From assembly GCA_965248445.1 (NCBI GenBank), contig CBDFJG010000003.1, forward strand, positions 384,001-448,000: DNA of 64,000 bases, read 5' to 3'. Below are positions 27,438 through 36,760 of this stretch, piece by piece. Position numbers and translations under genes: made by a program. The stretch's first letter is position 1. The number at the start of each line of letters is the position of its first letter. Below the pieces are notes generated by a model. It did not search any database. It was not told where the DNA came from and saw nothing but the letters and a program-made list of their open reading frames with translations. This DNA comes from Planctomycetota bacterium (GTDB lineage: Bacteria > Planctomycetota > JAJSAM01 > JAJVHW01).

Positions 27438-28882
27438 TCGCCCGGTCCTTCGGTCTCGCCGGGTGCTCCGGGCACTACGGCAGTCGCAACGTTCTCCACA
27501 GAGCTGGGGGGCGACTCGGAGCCGAGAGGGATGTCGAGCCACCAGAAGAGGGTCAGCTTGCGCTGGCCGGTGCTTCCCTTCCGGTACCGCACGATCCCGA
27601 GCGGACCGTCCCACGCCTCCCGTCCCTCGGCGTCCGTGCGGCTCTTGAACAGGCTGATGAGGTCGGAGTAGACGCGCTCGCCGGCCTCCCACCCGACCAC
27701 CGGGATCAACGCGGGGATGCGGAGTGTGGAACGGCCGTCGGCGTGGCTCTCGGATGCGAACAGCGGCCAGGACTTGAGGGTGGTCTTCGTCGGCGCGCCG
27801 CCGGGCGGCCCGGACTCGCTCCGCATCCAGAATGGGACTATGTAGTCGCGCACGCGCGAGACGCCCGCCTGGACTTCCCACTGATGCCACACGATCGGCC
27901 AGGCCCAGAACGTGGACTGCTCGTTCTCTGCTGTGTAGTCCCCCCACAACGGCCACCACCATGTGGACTCGCTCTCACCGGGCCGGACCGACCGCTTGTA
28001 GAACGGCCAGAGTATCCCTGTGTATTCATCACCGGTCCGGTCGTCACTTGCGAACTGGAAGAACGGGTACAGAACGGTTGTCTGGCGTGAGCTGCCGTCG
28101 TCGGAGGTCCTGCGTCCCACGAACGGGAACACGAACCAGCCCGACAGCTTGCGATCTTCCTGCTGCTGCTCGTTCCAATGGATGATCGGCCACAGCGCGG
28201 AGCGGCGCGACGACGTGGCGTTGTCGCTCTGCGACCAGAACGGCAGGACACGGAAGTGACTTCGCTCATCTCCGTCGCCCCAGGCGATGAGGGGCCAGAG
28301 CACGTGGCGCGACTTCCAGTCGTTCGCACGGGTGTCCGCGTAGAGCGGGAAGCCCCGCACGCGGATCTCGTCGGCGAGTAACTTGCCCTTCAACTCGCCG
28401 TACAGCGGGAACAGCAGGAAGTACGGGCCCTCGCCGGGCTCGTCGCCCCAGAACGCGAACGGGAACACACCGAAATCGTCGTCCGACTCGTCCGCGGCGC
28501 GCTGCGCCTCCGTGCCCCAGGAGGAGTGGTAGAAGAAGGGCGCGATGTAGCGCTCCTCGTGCACGCCGTCCTTTGTGCGCAGATAGAACGGCGGGAGGAT
28601 CTGGTCCTGTCGCCCGTCGCCCTCGTGCTCGACCATTCCGAGCGGGCGCACGACTTGGGTGCGGATGTCCGGACCCTCCTCGTCCTCGTAGAGGCCGAAG
28701 AGCATGCGGGTGACGGTGGTCCCTCCCGGCAGGTCGGTCTCGACCTCGTAGAGGGGCGGGATGTTCGGAAACGAGCTGCAAGCGCCCAGGAAGAGGGCCA
28801 GCGCCGCGGCCGAGGCGGTCGCCCGGCACCCTGGTCGGCGCGAGGCGCGCTCGAGTGTCCGACGGCTCACCAGCCGCGGCAT
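27434..28882 (-). CDS. Lipoprotein with about 15 aromatic (W/F/L)-P-(F/L/I) repeats
   Basis: Lipobox LFLGAC. Recurrent units such as GVFPFAFWG, VLWPLIAWG, ALWPIIHWN, ILWPFYKRS and WWWPLWGDY. The stop overlaps the mlaE start. Confidence 0.75.
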   Translation of the reverse strand: MPRLVSRRTLERASRRPGCRATASAAALALFLGACSSFPNIPPLYEVETDLPGGTTVTRMLFGLYEDEEGPDIRTQVVRPLGMVEHEGDGRQDQILPPFYLRTKDGVHEERYIAPFFYHSSWGTEAQRAADESDDDFGVFPFAFWGDEPGEGPYFLLFPLYGELKGKLLADEIRVRGFPLYADTRANDWKSRHVLWPLIAWGDGDERSHFRVLPFWSQSDNATSSRRSALWPIIHWNEQQQEDRKLSGWFVFPFVGRRTSDDGSSRQTTVLYPFFQFASDDRTGDEYTGILWPFYKRSVRPGESESTWWWPLWGDYTAENEQSTFWAWPIVWHQWEVQAGVSRVRDYIVPFWMRSESGPPGGAPTKTTLKSWPLFASESHADGRSTLRIPALIPVVGWEAGERVYSDLISLFKSRTDAEGREAWDGPLGIVRYRKGSTGQRKLTLFWWLDIPLGSESPPSSVENVATAVVPGAPGETEGPGE

Positions 28883-29071
28883 CCGCCCATGCCACTCCAC
28901 GCTCTCTCTCCTCCCACAAGTGCCCTCTCCGAGGCTACCAGCGACGCGGAAAACCCTGGGAGGCATCCGGGCCGACGGACGACGTACTCGCGCCGTCCCT
29001 GCGCCGTATCGGTCCCCGAACGATAGAATCGGGACTTGAACGCCCGCTGAACGGTCCCCCGTGGAGACAAC

Positions 29072-30463
29072 GTGCTGAACGTCGCCCTTCCTTCGCCCGC
29101 CCATCTGTTGCTCGTCGCCGCGGCCTTCGTCACCTCGCTCGGCGCCGGGGCCGCTCCTTCGTGTGCGGCGGATCGGGCCCTGCGTTCAAGGGTCCTCCAG
29201 GCGCTGAAAGAGAACGACGCGGGTCGCCGCGCCCGAGCGCTCGGGGACGCCCTGCGAGGCGCAAGGGGCGCCGCCGCGGCGAAGATCCTCGTCCGCACGG
29301 CGTTGCCCCGGGCCGAGAGCGAGCGCGACCGCGCCGTCTGCGTCGCCGCGCTGGGGCGGATGGACACGCACGACGAGATCGAGGAGATCGCGGCACGCGC
29401 GCGGGATGCCCGGTACGGCGTGCCGGGTCGGGCCCAGCTGGCGACGGCGCTGGGCCGGACCGGCAACGCGACGGCGCTGGATGAACTGCGCGCGCTCGCG
29501 GTGGACTCGGACACGCGCGTGCGCTGCGCGGCGGTCGTGGCGCTTGGCCGGTTCCCGGGGCCGGACTCGCTGGCCGCGCTCTCGACCGCCCTCGAGGACG
29601 ACGACCCGGCACTTCGCCTGTCCGCGACGCAGGCGCTCGGCCAGCACGAGGACGAACTCGGCCTTCCCTTGCTTGTCCAGGCGCTGAAGAGTGCCGACGG
29701 GCGCTTTGCGGACGACGTGGCCGCGGTCCTCGGGCGCCGCACCGGCGAGCGATTCGGCCCCTCGTGGTCGGCCTACGAACGGCTGTTGCGCACGCGCGCG
29801 AAGCAGCCGACGGACGACATCGTCACCTCGGATCCGCCGCCCCTCGACGTGTCTGGGCCCGCGACGGGTTTCCGCACCGGCGGCGTGCTGTTCGTGCTCG
29901 CGACTTCGAAGAGCATGGGTGAGCCGGTCAGTGCGGGTGGCGAGCCGCGCCGCCTCTCCGATGCCGGGGACGATCTCGTGCGCGAGTGGGGCGAGGCGGC
30001 AACCTGCCTCGATGTCGCGCGCGTTCACTTGCGTGCCCTGATCCGGTCCGTCGGTGACGGGGTTCCTTTCGACGTCGCGACGTACGCCGACTCGACGACG
30101 TTCGCCTTCGGCAAGCTCACCCCTGCCGATGCGCGCTCACGCAAGAAGGCCGAGTCCCGTGTCGCGCGTCTCAGCCCCGGCGGCGGCGCAAATCTCGCCG
30201 ACGCGTTGCGCCGCTGCTTCGATCCCCGCAACAAAGACCCGCTCGGAGCGCACCCCGGTCCCGACACCGTCGTGCTGATCACGAACGGACAGCTTGGCGA
30301 CCCCGGCGAGACGAACGGCGCCGAGGTGCTGGAAGGGGTGCGCCGCTTCGCGCGCTCCCGTCCGATGCGGTTCATCTGCATCGCGGTGGGACAGAGCGAC
30401 CGCAGCGTGCTCGGAACGCTCGCTTCGACGGCCCCTTCAGGTCGAATTGTCTCGGTTCCCTGA
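29072..30463 (+). CDS. HEAT-repeat plus vWA-like domain protein
   Basis: HEAT units (DSDTRVRCAAVVALGRF, DDDPALRLSATQALG). vWA-like VLFVLATSKSM, GGGANLADAL, DTVVLITNGQ and RFICIAVG. Confidence 0.75.
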   Translation: MLNVALPSPAHLLLVAAAFVTSLGAGAAPSCAADRALRSRVLQALKENDAGRRARALGDALRGARGAAAAKILVRTALPRAESERDRAVCVAALGRMDTHDEIEEIAARARDARYGVPGRAQLATALGRTGNATALDELRALAVDSDTRVRCAAVVALGRFPGPDSLAALSTALEDDDPALRLSATQALGQHEDELGLPLLVQALKSADGRFADDVAAVLGRRTGERFGPSWSAYERLLRTRAKQPTDDIVTSDPPPLDVSGPATGFRTGGVLFVLATSKSMGEPVSAGGEPRRLSDAGDDLVREWGEAATCLDVARVHLRALIRSVGDGVPFDVATYADSTTFAFGKLTPADARSRKKAESRVARLSPGGGANLADALRRCFDPRNKDPLGAHPGPDTVVLITNGQLGDPGETNGAEVLEGVRRFARSRPMRFICIAVGQSDRSVLGTLASTAPSGRIVSVP

Positions 30464-30586
30464 CAGGTTCCATCGATGCGCGCGCTGCGTGACTTGCACG
30501 CCGTGCAAACGTGCCGCACACTCCATCCGGATCTGTCGTCCTCCCCGACCGGCTTCCCCTGACGGTCGCGCTGGAGGAAACGCCTC

Positions 30587-31393
30587 ATGTCGAAGAGAGC
30601 ACGCCTCCGGCGTCTCGCCGCCGGTCACGGCCTCGCAGCCGTGCTCGCGCTGTCGGGGTGCGTCGTGACCGAGACGCGTCCGAATCCCTACTACCGCGGC
30701 TACGACCCGGCGACCGCCGAGGAGCACGTGTGGGTCGGGCCGCCCGGCGCAGATCCGGACGATCCCACGGCCGAAGGGCCTCCGGCGGAACCGCCCCGGT
30801 CGATCCGGGAAGAGCGTGCGGAGCAGCGAGACGCCGACATGCACGCGGCACGCGCGGCGGATGCCGAGCCCGACCCGCCCACGGTGCGGGACGAACCCGG
30901 TGAGACGAAGAGCACCGCGAAGACTGTGGTGATCCCCAAGAGCGTCGTCGACGAGATGGAGGGGTTCCTCGCTTCGCCGCGGCTATTGATCGGTGAGATC
31001 GTCGAAGTGGATCTCTCGCGCAACCCGTTCCTCTCGCGCAGCGCGTTCTCGCTCGATGAGTCGTCCGTGGAGCGCACGGACGCAGCGGACGAAGCACGCG
31101 GCGTGGTGACGATCGTGCTGATCAACGTCTCCGGTGTGAAGACCCTGATGAACACACTGCCGCAGGTGCACTTCGAGGGCCTGAAACTCGTGGCGATCGA
31201 CCGGCTCGTGCTGCGGTACTGGACGCGCCCGCGTGCCGAGCGGCCGATCCACCTGCGCGCGGTTGCCCGGGGGAAGGCGCTCTTCGACGACGACGGCGTG
31301 CTCGCCAAGGGGGGCCGGATCGCGGTGGATGCAGAGGTGGTGGACCGCGGCGCGGGGTTCCTCTTCGATCACGGGAAGCAGGTCGACCCATAG
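30587..31393 (+). CDS. Hypothetical lipoprotein
   Basis: Lipobox LALSGC, RBS GGAGGA, and a Pro/Asp-rich linker followed by a beta-rich domain. Confidence 0.65.
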   Translation: MSKRARLRRLAAGHGLAAVLALSGCVVTETRPNPYYRGYDPATAEEHVWVGPPGADPDDPTAEGPPAEPPRSIREERAEQRDADMHAARAADAEPDPPTVRDEPGETKSTAKTVVIPKSVVDEMEGFLASPRLLIGEIVEVDLSRNPFLSRSAFSLDESSVERTDAADEARGVVTIVLINVSGVKTLMNTLPQVHFEGLKLVAIDRLVLRYWTRPRAERPIHLRAVARGKALFDDDGVLAKGGRIAVDAEVVDRGAGFLFDHGKQVDP

Positions 31394-31416
31394 CGGCGCG
31401 GATCGCTCCTTCGCTC

Positions 31417-32160
31417 GTGGCGGGCGCGCTCGGTGGCGCGGCAGCGGCACTCCTCGCAGTCTGGCTGCTCGGCGGGCACCCCGGACAGGGCGCTTCGGAC
31501 CTCGACGCGGTGCGTGCGGACGTGGCGGCGCTCGCGGATCTAGAGCGCGTGCGCGCCGCGACCGTGGACGCGCGGCTCGACGTGCTCACGGCGCGGCTTG
31601 CAGACGCTGCAGAGAACGGGAGCGCCGACGAACTGCGCCGGGCGATCGCGCAGACCGATGCATCGCTGCGCGCGCTGCGCGACGCCGTGCGCTACGAACT
31701 GGCGGCACTCGACGTCCACGTGAGCAGGATGCGGGACGCGCTGGACGTCCCTGCGACGGAGCCCTCGGCGGTCGGCGGACCACTCGACGAGCGGGATGAG
31801 TCCCGCTGGGTGGTCCTCGCTCGGGATCCGGACCCCGGCGTGCGGTTCTCGGCGCTTGCGCTGCTCGGCCGCCGGAAGAGCGACCGTAGCGTCGCCGCGT
31901 CGCGCGCAGCGCTCGGCGACGACGAGCCGATGGTCGCGTGGCAAGCGCTGCGCAACGTGGCCGCGTTCGCCGACCGGCAGGCCGCTCCCGAAGCAGCCGC
32001 CCTACTCGTGCACGAGCAAGCAGTCGTCCGCGCCGCCGCCCACGACACGCTTGTCCGTCTCGGAGCCCCCGCAGACAGCGCCTACGATCCGGTCGCGTCG
32101 GAGAGCGCGAACGAGGACGCCGTGGTCCGCCTCGCGGACTGGGCCCGCGCCGCCCGCTGA
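31417..32160 (+). CDS. Membrane-anchored coiled-coil/HEAT-repeat protein
   Basis: N-terminal hydrophobic segment, a coiled-coil, then DPDPGVRFSALALLG and HEQAVVRAAAHDTL. Start uncertain. Confidence 0.6.
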   Translation: MAGALGGAAAALLAVWLLGGHPGQGASDLDAVRADVAALADLERVRAATVDARLDVLTARLADAAENGSADELRRAIAQTDASLRALRDAVRYELAALDVHVSRMRDALDVPATEPSAVGGPLDERDESRWVVLARDPDPGVRFSALALLGRRKSDRSVAASRAALGDDEPMVAWQALRNVAAFADRQAAPEAAALLVHEQAVVRAAAHDTLVRLGAPADSAYDPVASESANEDAVVRLADWARAAR

Positions 32161-32179
32161 CTGCGAACTTCCATCGCAC

Positions 32180-32209
32180 TTCCTCCGTGTTTCCTCCGTG
32201 TTTCCTCCG
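32180..32209. repeat. 11-bp tandem repeat (TTCCTCCGTGT, about 2.7 copies) upstream of sucC
   Basis: ttcctccgtgt ttcctccgtgt ttcctccg. Confidence 0.9.
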
Positions 32210-32314
32210 GGGCATCCCTCCGCGCTCTCCGGGCCCCGGTGTATCGTCCGGGACTCGGCCCGACCGGGGCGCCCAAGTGCGGACGCCGGACCCCGAACGC
32301 GGAGACAACGCGAC

Positions 32315-33481
32315 ATGAAGATCCACGAGCATCAGGCCAAGCAAGTGCTCGCCGAGTTCGGCGTTCCGCTGCTGCGCAACGTCGTTTGCCACACGGCGGA
32401 CGAGGTCGAGCAGGCCGCGCGCGACCTGGGCGGCGGGACCGTCGTCGTGAAGGCGCAAGTGCACGCCGGCGGCCGCGGTAAGGGTGGCGGCGTCAAGCTC
32501 GCTCGCTCGCCGGCGGAGGCCCGCGAGGTCGCCGGTCAGATCATCGGGATGCAGCTCGTGACGCACCAGACGGGCCCAGAAGGCGTGCCCGTACGCATGG
32601 TGTTGGTCGAGGAGGGCTGCCGCATTGCGCAGGAGCTCTACGCGGGCATCGCGCTCGCCCGCGCCAGCGGACTGCCGGTGATGATGGGCTGCGCCGAGGG
32701 CGGCGTCGAGATCGAAGAGATCGCGGCGCGCGACCCCGATGCGATCAAGAAGGAGGCCTTCAGCCCGGACGCAGGACTGCGCGGGTACCAGGCCCGCCGC
32801 CTGGCGTTCGCACTGGGGCTCTCCGGCAAGCAGGTGCACAAGGCCGCGAAGATGTTCCAGCAGCTCGCGCGCGCCTACGTCGAGCGCGACGCCTCGCTCC
32901 TCGAGATCAACCCGATGGTGGTGACCGAGGACGGCGCGCTGATCGCCCTCGACGCGAAGATGAACATCGACGATAGCGCGCTCTACCGCCACCCCGCGCT
33001 GCGGGAGATGGCCGATCCTGCCGAAGAGGACCCGCTCGAGACCCGTGCGAACGCGGCCGGGCTGTCCTACATCGCGCTCGACGGTGACATCGCGTGCATG
33101 GTCAACGGCGCGGGACTCGCGATGGCCACGATGGACGTCATCCAGCACCACGGCGGCGAGCCGGCCAACTTCCTGGATGTCGGTGGCGGGGCAACGCTCG
33201 AACGCGTCACGGAGGCGTTCCGCATCATCCTGTCCGACTCCCGGGTGAAGGCGATCCTCGTGAACATCTTCGGCGGCATCATGCGCTGCGACGTCATCGC
33301 CGAGGGCGTGGTCGCCGCGGCGAAGGAGATCGGACTCGAGGACCCGCTGGTGGTGCGCCTCGAGGGCACGAACGTCGAGGAGGGACGGCGCATCCTTGCA
33401 GAGAGCGGGATCGCGCTGACCGTCGCCGATGACATGACGGACGCCGCGCAGAAGGTCGTCGCAGCTGCGGCCAACGGCTAA
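32315..33481 (+). CDS. sucC: Succinyl-CoA synthetase beta subunit
   Basis: MKIHEHQAK, VVKAQVHAGGRGKGGGVK, MVNGAGLAMATMD, ANFLDVGGGA and NIFGGIMRCD. Confidence 0.98.
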   Translation: MKIHEHQAKQVLAEFGVPLLRNVVCHTADEVEQAARDLGGGTVVVKAQVHAGGRGKGGGVKLARSPAEAREVAGQIIGMQLVTHQTGPEGVPVRMVLVEEGCRIAQELYAGIALARASGLPVMMGCAEGGVEIEEIAARDPDAIKKEAFSPDAGLRGYQARRLAFALGLSGKQVHKAAKMFQQLARAYVERDASLLEINPMVVTEDGALIALDAKMNIDDSALYRHPALREMADPAEEDPLETRANAAGLSYIALDGDIACMVNGAGLAMATMDVIQHHGGEPANFLDVGGGATLERVTEAFRIILSDSRVKAILVNIFGGIMRCDVIAEGVVAAAKEIGLEDPLVVRLEGTNVEEGRRILAESGIALTVADDMTDAAQKVVAAAANG

Positions 33482-33493
33482 GGAGCGCTAGAG

Positions 33494-34399
33494 ATGTCGA
33501 TCCTCGTCAACAAGAACTCCCGAGTCCTCGTGCAGGGGCTGACCGGTAGTGCCGGTTCGTTCCACGCCGGGCAGTGCGCCGAGTACGGCACCCAGATCGT
33601 CGCCGGTGTCGTGCCGGGTAAGGGCGGCCAGATGCACAACGGCGTTCCGGTGTTCGATACCGTCGAACACGCGGTGCGCGAGACCGGAGCCGACGTCTCG
33701 ATGGTGTTCGTGCCGCCGCCCTTCGCCGCGGACGCGGTGATGGAGAGTGCGGATGGCGGCGTGCCGCTCGTCGTCTGCATCACCGAGGGCATCCCCGCGA
33801 TCGACGAGGTGCGCATCAAGCTGGCCCTCGAGCACAGCGATACGCGCATGCTCGGGCCGAACTGCCCTGGTGTCATCACGCCGGGCGAGTGCAAGGTCGG
33901 CATCATGCCGGGCTACATCCACAAGCCCGGCCGCGTCGGCGTCGTGTCCCGCAGCGGCACGCTCACCTACGAGGCCGTTTGGCAACTGTCGAGCCGCGAC
34001 ATCGGTCAGAGCACCTGCATCGGCATCGGCGGCGATCCGGTCATCGGGACGACGTTCGTGGATGCGCTCGGGCTCTACCTCGCGGATGACGACACCGACG
34101 CCATCGTGCTGATAGGGGAGATCGGCGGCAGCGCAGAGGAAGAGGCCGCGGCGTACTACGCCGCGAGCGGGAGTAAGAAGCCCATCGCGTCGTTCGTGGC
34201 CGGCGCAACCGCGCCCCCCGGCAAGCGCATGGGGCACGCCGGTGCGATCATCGCGGGCGGCAAGGGCACCGCAGCCGAGAAGAAGAAGGCGCTCCTCGCA
34301 GCGGGCATCGGCGTCGCCGAGTCGCCGGCCGACATGGGCCTGACGATGGCGCAGATGATGGTCGAGCGAGACCTGGCCCCCGCGTCGGTCCTCGACTGA
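33494..34399 (+). CDS. sucD: Succinyl-CoA synthetase alpha subunit
   Basis: [33 protein letters not shown] and RMGHAGA (phospho-His). Confidence 0.98.
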   Translation: MSILVNKNSRVLVQGLTGSAGSFHAGQCAEYGTQIVAGVVPGKGGQMHNGVPVFDTVEHAVRETGADVSMVFVPPPFAADAVMESADGGVPLVVCITEGIPAIDEVRIKLALEHSDTRMLGPNCPGVITPGECKVGIMPGYIHKPGRVGVVSRSGTLTYEAVWQLSSRDIGQSTCIGIGGDPVIGTTFVDALGLYLADDDTDAIVLIGEIGGSAEEEAAAYYAASGSKKPIASFVAGATAPPGKRMGHAGAIIAGGKGTAAEKKKALLAAGIGVAESPADMGLTMAQMMVERDLAPASVLD

Positions 34400-34443
34400 A
34401 CACTGAGAGAGAGCATGGGCCAGTTGGTGCGAGGGGTGCGACG

Positions 34444-34599
34444 GTGAAGGAGAGGGCCGGCACGCTGCTCCAGCTGACCGGACTGATCCTCCTGCCGGTG
34501 GCGGTCGTGTTCGGACTCCGGGGCGGTGACATCTTCACCGAGCTTCTGCTCGCCACCGGAGGCGTCGCGCTCCTGCTGATGGGCCGCTCGCTGCGCTGA
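34444..34599 (+). CDS. 51-aa two-TM small membrane protein (not in ORF track)
   Basis: GTG after GAGGGG. MKERAGTLLQLTGLILLPVAVVFGLRGGDIFTELLLATGGVALLLMGRSLR. It fills the gap between sucD and the next gene. Confidence 0.65.
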   Translation: MKERAGTLLQLTGLILLPVAVVFGLRGGDIFTELLLATGGVALLLMGRSLR

Positions 34600-34618
34600 C
34601 CGCTGTAGCATCCGGCGG

Positions 34619-35137
34619 ATGGAGAGCCGCGACCTGACCGCGACGAGCCTCATGGCGAACCGACTCGTCGTGGCGTTGCTCGTGGCCGTCGGGCTCTACT
34701 TCCTGTTCCGGCCGCGCGCCCTCGGCTGGGACGCGCTCGCGCGGTCGGTCGGCGGAGAGTCGGCGCTCGTGTCCGGCGGAGTCGGCATGGCATTCCTGCT
34801 GCTGGCGCTTGCTGCCCGGGAGATGCACTCGATGCGCGTCCAGTCCGCGGAGGTCGCCGAGGGTCTCAATCAGCTCCTCTACGGCACGGACTACGCGCGG
34901 GACCGGGAAGCTGTCGAGATCCTGCTGGACGCCCTCGACGGCTCTGACCTTGAGGGGCGGGTCACCGCGCACAAGCACTTGCTGCGACTCACGGGGCAGA
35001 ACCTCGCGGCGGACCCGCGCGTGTGGCGCAGCTGGTGGGCGGCGCACCAGCGGCACTGGAGCCGCGCGCGCCTGACTGCCGATCCGACCACCGAAGAAGC
35101 AGACGGCCCGCCCGACTCCGGTCCTGTCTCGGCGTGA
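34619..35137 (+). CDS. Hypothetical membrane protein
   Basis: Two hydrophobic helices, then a HEAT-like end LLRLTGQNLAADPRVWRSWW. Confidence 0.65.
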   Translation: MESRDLTATSLMANRLVVALLVAVGLYFLFRPRALGWDALARSVGGESALVSGGVGMAFLLLALAAREMHSMRVQSAEVAEGLNQLLYGTDYARDREAVEILLDALDGSDLEGRVTAHKHLLRLTGQNLAADPRVWRSWWAAHQRHWSRARLTADPTTEEADGPPDSGPVSA

Positions 35138-35577
35138 CGACCCGGTTTCTCCAGGCCGTCGGCGTCGTCGTGCTGGCGCTCTTGCTCTGGTGGGGCCTCG
35201 ACGCTCTGTTCACCAGCGACGAGGAGCGGATCGCGAACGCCGTCGACGCCGCCCGCGACGCCCTCATCGAGAAGCGCGACGCCGACTTCCTCGCGTTCTT
35301 CGCGGACGATCTCGTCTACCAGAAGGGGAAGGGTCACGATCAGCTCGAGCGAGACCTGCGTCGCTGGCGGGCAAGCGGACTCAGCGAGGCTCACATCATC
35401 TCCCGCGAGGTCGAGATCGACCCCGACCGCGTGGCCCGGATCAGCCTGCAGGTCTCCGCCGGCAAGGGTCTGCTCGGGCTCGCTCAGGTGACCGTCGAGA
35501 TCGAGGCGGCCGAGGTCGAGGGTGACGACTGGCGAGTCCGGTCGTTCCGGTGGTGGCGCGGAAGCGCAGAGCGTTAG
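35134..35577 (+). CDS. Membrane-anchored NTF2/SnoaL-like hypothetical protein
   Basis: GTGA overlap. TM helix followed by DADFLAFFADD...WRVRSF, an NTF2-like pattern. Confidence 0.55.
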   Translation: MTTRFLQAVGVVVLALLLWWGLDALFTSDEERIANAVDAARDALIEKRDADFLAFFADDLVYQKGKGHDQLERDLRRWRASGLSEAHIISREVEIDPDRVARISLQVSAGKGLLGLAQVTVEIEAAEVEGDDWRVRSFRWWRGSAER

Positions 35578-35629
35578 GATCGCGCGCCGGGAAGCGGGGC
35601 GGCGTGTTCGCCCGTTCCCTAGAAGTACG

Positions 35630-36670
35630 ATGCCGGACACCACGACCACCCCTCTGCCAAGCGATCCCGCAGCCTCCACGGCGCGGGATCGAGCTGCCCT
35701 GAAGTCGCTCCTCCAGCCCATCGAGCCGGACATGCAGCGAGTGGGGGAAGCGCTGGCCGACATCACGCGGACCCACGCTCCCTACGTCATCCGACTGGTC
35801 GAGCACACGCGGGGTTTCGGTGGCAAGCGGCTGCGCCCGGCGCTCGTGATGCTGGCAGGACGTGCCGTGGACGACGCGAAGGTCGGCGAGACGCACGCGC
35901 GGGTCGGCGCAGTCGTGGAACTCATCCACACGGCCACCCTGGTGCATGACGACATCCTCGACGGCGCACTGGTTCGGCGCGGCCGCTCGACGCTGCACCG
36001 ACTGGAGGGCGTCGAGGTCTCGGTCCTGCTGGGCGACTTCCTGCTCGCCTCGGCGTATGCGGAGGCCGCCGCACTCGAAGACCGCCTTGCGTCCCGCTAT
36101 CTCTCCCAGGTCACGCGCGACGTGTGCCAGGGCGAGGTGCTGCAGATCCACAACCGAGGCAACCTCGATCTGTCGATGGATGAGTACCTCGAGATCATCG
36201 AGAAGAAGACGGCAGTGCTCTATCGCGCGGCGTGCGAGGTCGGCGCCCGCTACGCCGGCGGCAGCGACGAGGACGTGCACGCCCTCGCCACGTACGGGCT
36301 CGAACTCGGCATGGCGTTCCAGATCGTGGACGACGTGCTCGACCTGATCGGCGACGAGCGCGTCGTCGGCAAGTCGCTCGGCACGGATCTGGCGCGCGGG
36401 AAGCTCACGCTTCCGCTGATCCACTTCCTCGAGAACGGCCCGAAGGACGACGTCGCGTACGTCCGCACCGCCCTCGACGCCGGCCGCGGCGCGCAGGAGA
36501 GCAGCGCCATCCGCGAGCGCGTCACCGCCGCCGGTTCCGTCGAGTACGCCACCGCCCAGGCCCGCGCGCGCCTGGACCGAGCCACGTCGGCGCTCGACGG
36601 CTTCCGCGACTCGCCGGCGGTTACGATCCTGCGCTCCGTCGCGGACTACGTGATTGCCCGCCGCCGGTGA
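35630..36670 (+). CDS. Long-chain polyprenyl diphosphate synthase (IspB/HepT family)
   Basis: GGKRLRP, ELIHTATLVHDDILD...RRG, KTA and AFQIVDDVLD...GKSLGTDL. Confidence 0.93.
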   Translation: MPDTTTTPLPSDPAASTARDRAALKSLLQPIEPDMQRVGEALADITRTHAPYVIRLVEHTRGFGGKRLRPALVMLAGRAVDDAKVGETHARVGAVVELIHTATLVHDDILDGALVRRGRSTLHRLEGVEVSVLLGDFLLASAYAEAAALEDRLASRYLSQVTRDVCQGEVLQIHNRGNLDLSMDEYLEIIEKKTAVLYRAACEVGARYAGGSDEDVHALATYGLELGMAFQIVDDVLDLIGDERVVGKSLGTDLARGKLTLPLIHFLENGPKDDVAYVRTALDAGRGAQESSAIRERVTAAGSVEYATAQARARLDRATSALDGFRDSPAVTILRSVADYVIARRR

Positions 36671-36760
36671 GCGTTCGCTAACCCTCTCGCTGTTCTACCA
36701 GCCAGAGCGCGGTGATGCTGAGCGCGCTCGAGAGAGCGCAGACGGTGGCGGCGAAATCGC

